Below are positions 25,939 to 26,087 of a stretch of 26,087 nucleotides of DNA, piece by piece. The notes under the pieces are model-generated. The model saw only the letters and a program-made list of their open reading frames with translations. It searched no databases and was not told the DNA's origin. The stretch comes from Chthoniobacterales bacterium (GTDB lineage: Bacteria > Verrucomicrobiota > Verrucomicrobiia > Chthoniobacterales > JBDTJR01). Both the position numbers and the translations under genes were made by a program. The stretch spans positions 1-26,087 of the forward strand of contig JBDSIH010000252.1 in the NCBI GenBank assembly GCA_039918055.1. The letters run 5' to 3'. Numbering within the stretch: position 1 is the stretch's first letter; the number at the start of each line of letters is the position of its first letter.

Positions 25939-25968
25939 AAACTAGGAGTCTTTCAAAACAACCGTCAA
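25939..25968 (-). promoter_or_regulatory. Candidate sigma70-type promoter of the mre operon
   Basis: TTGACG (25968-25963), 18-nt spacer, TAGTTT (25944-25939), about 75 nt upstream of the mreB ATG. Confidence 0.5.
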
Positions 25969-26087
25969 GGCAAACCTTACAGAGAGGCTAAATAAATGCC
26001 AATCCTGCCAAATTTGCCCGATTTTGGCGCAATTTCCCAATTTTTTGCCGGTTTTAGAGTGCTTCGGCAATTGCCGTGCCCATTTCC

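Noticed and set aside
25866-25940. 25-aa N-terminal extension of MreB
   Set aside because: The upstream ATG falls within the candidate -10 element, and [10 protein letters not shown] matches the usual MreB N-terminus.
1-26087. CRISPR arrays, tRNA or rRNA genes, IS or integrase genes, oriC
   Set aside because: No regularly spaced repeats, cloverleaf or CCA signatures, transposase motifs or DnaA-box clusters were seen by eye.

Overview
A 26 kb Gram-negative chromosomal segment at roughly 50-55% GC (estimated by eye), mostly housekeeping genes. A PVC-superphylum origin, probably Verrucomicrobiota, is inferred from the H-X9-DG prepilin-like gene, a CdaA diadenylate cyclase alongside BamA/LpxD, and leaders lacking a Shine-Dalgarno (SD) sequence. 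Gene order: (+) hisD (5'-truncated)-folP-cdaA-[unlisted 50-aa CdaR-like peptide]-glmM; (-) Na/Pi cotransporter and a secreted hypothetical protein; (+) bamA-skp-lpxD; (-) pstSCAB without phoU; (+) small lipoprotein; (-) a decaying two-gene unit (membrane-anchored Gly-rich protein plus a frameshifted prepilin-type H-X9-DG protein); an AT-rich divergent intergenic region; (+) RRM protein-miaA-hflX; (-) mreB-mreC-mreD-mrdA(pbp2)-rng-rlpA without rodA. I saw no tRNA, rRNA, CRISPR array, transposase or phage gene. Best leads: (1) a hidden 'mini-CdaR' ORF (2469-2621), consisting only of the membrane anchor and overlapping the 3' end of cdaA by 110 nt; (2) an RRM protein with a disordered region and an amphipathic helix next to miaA-hflX, where hfq is absent, plus a scaffold-less RNase E/G with an N-terminal amphipathic helix; (3) an elongasome operon that lacks rodA but includes rng and a SPOR-less RlpA; (4) reconstructable indel lesions in the prepilin unit. 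All family calls come from motif recognition; no database searches were run.
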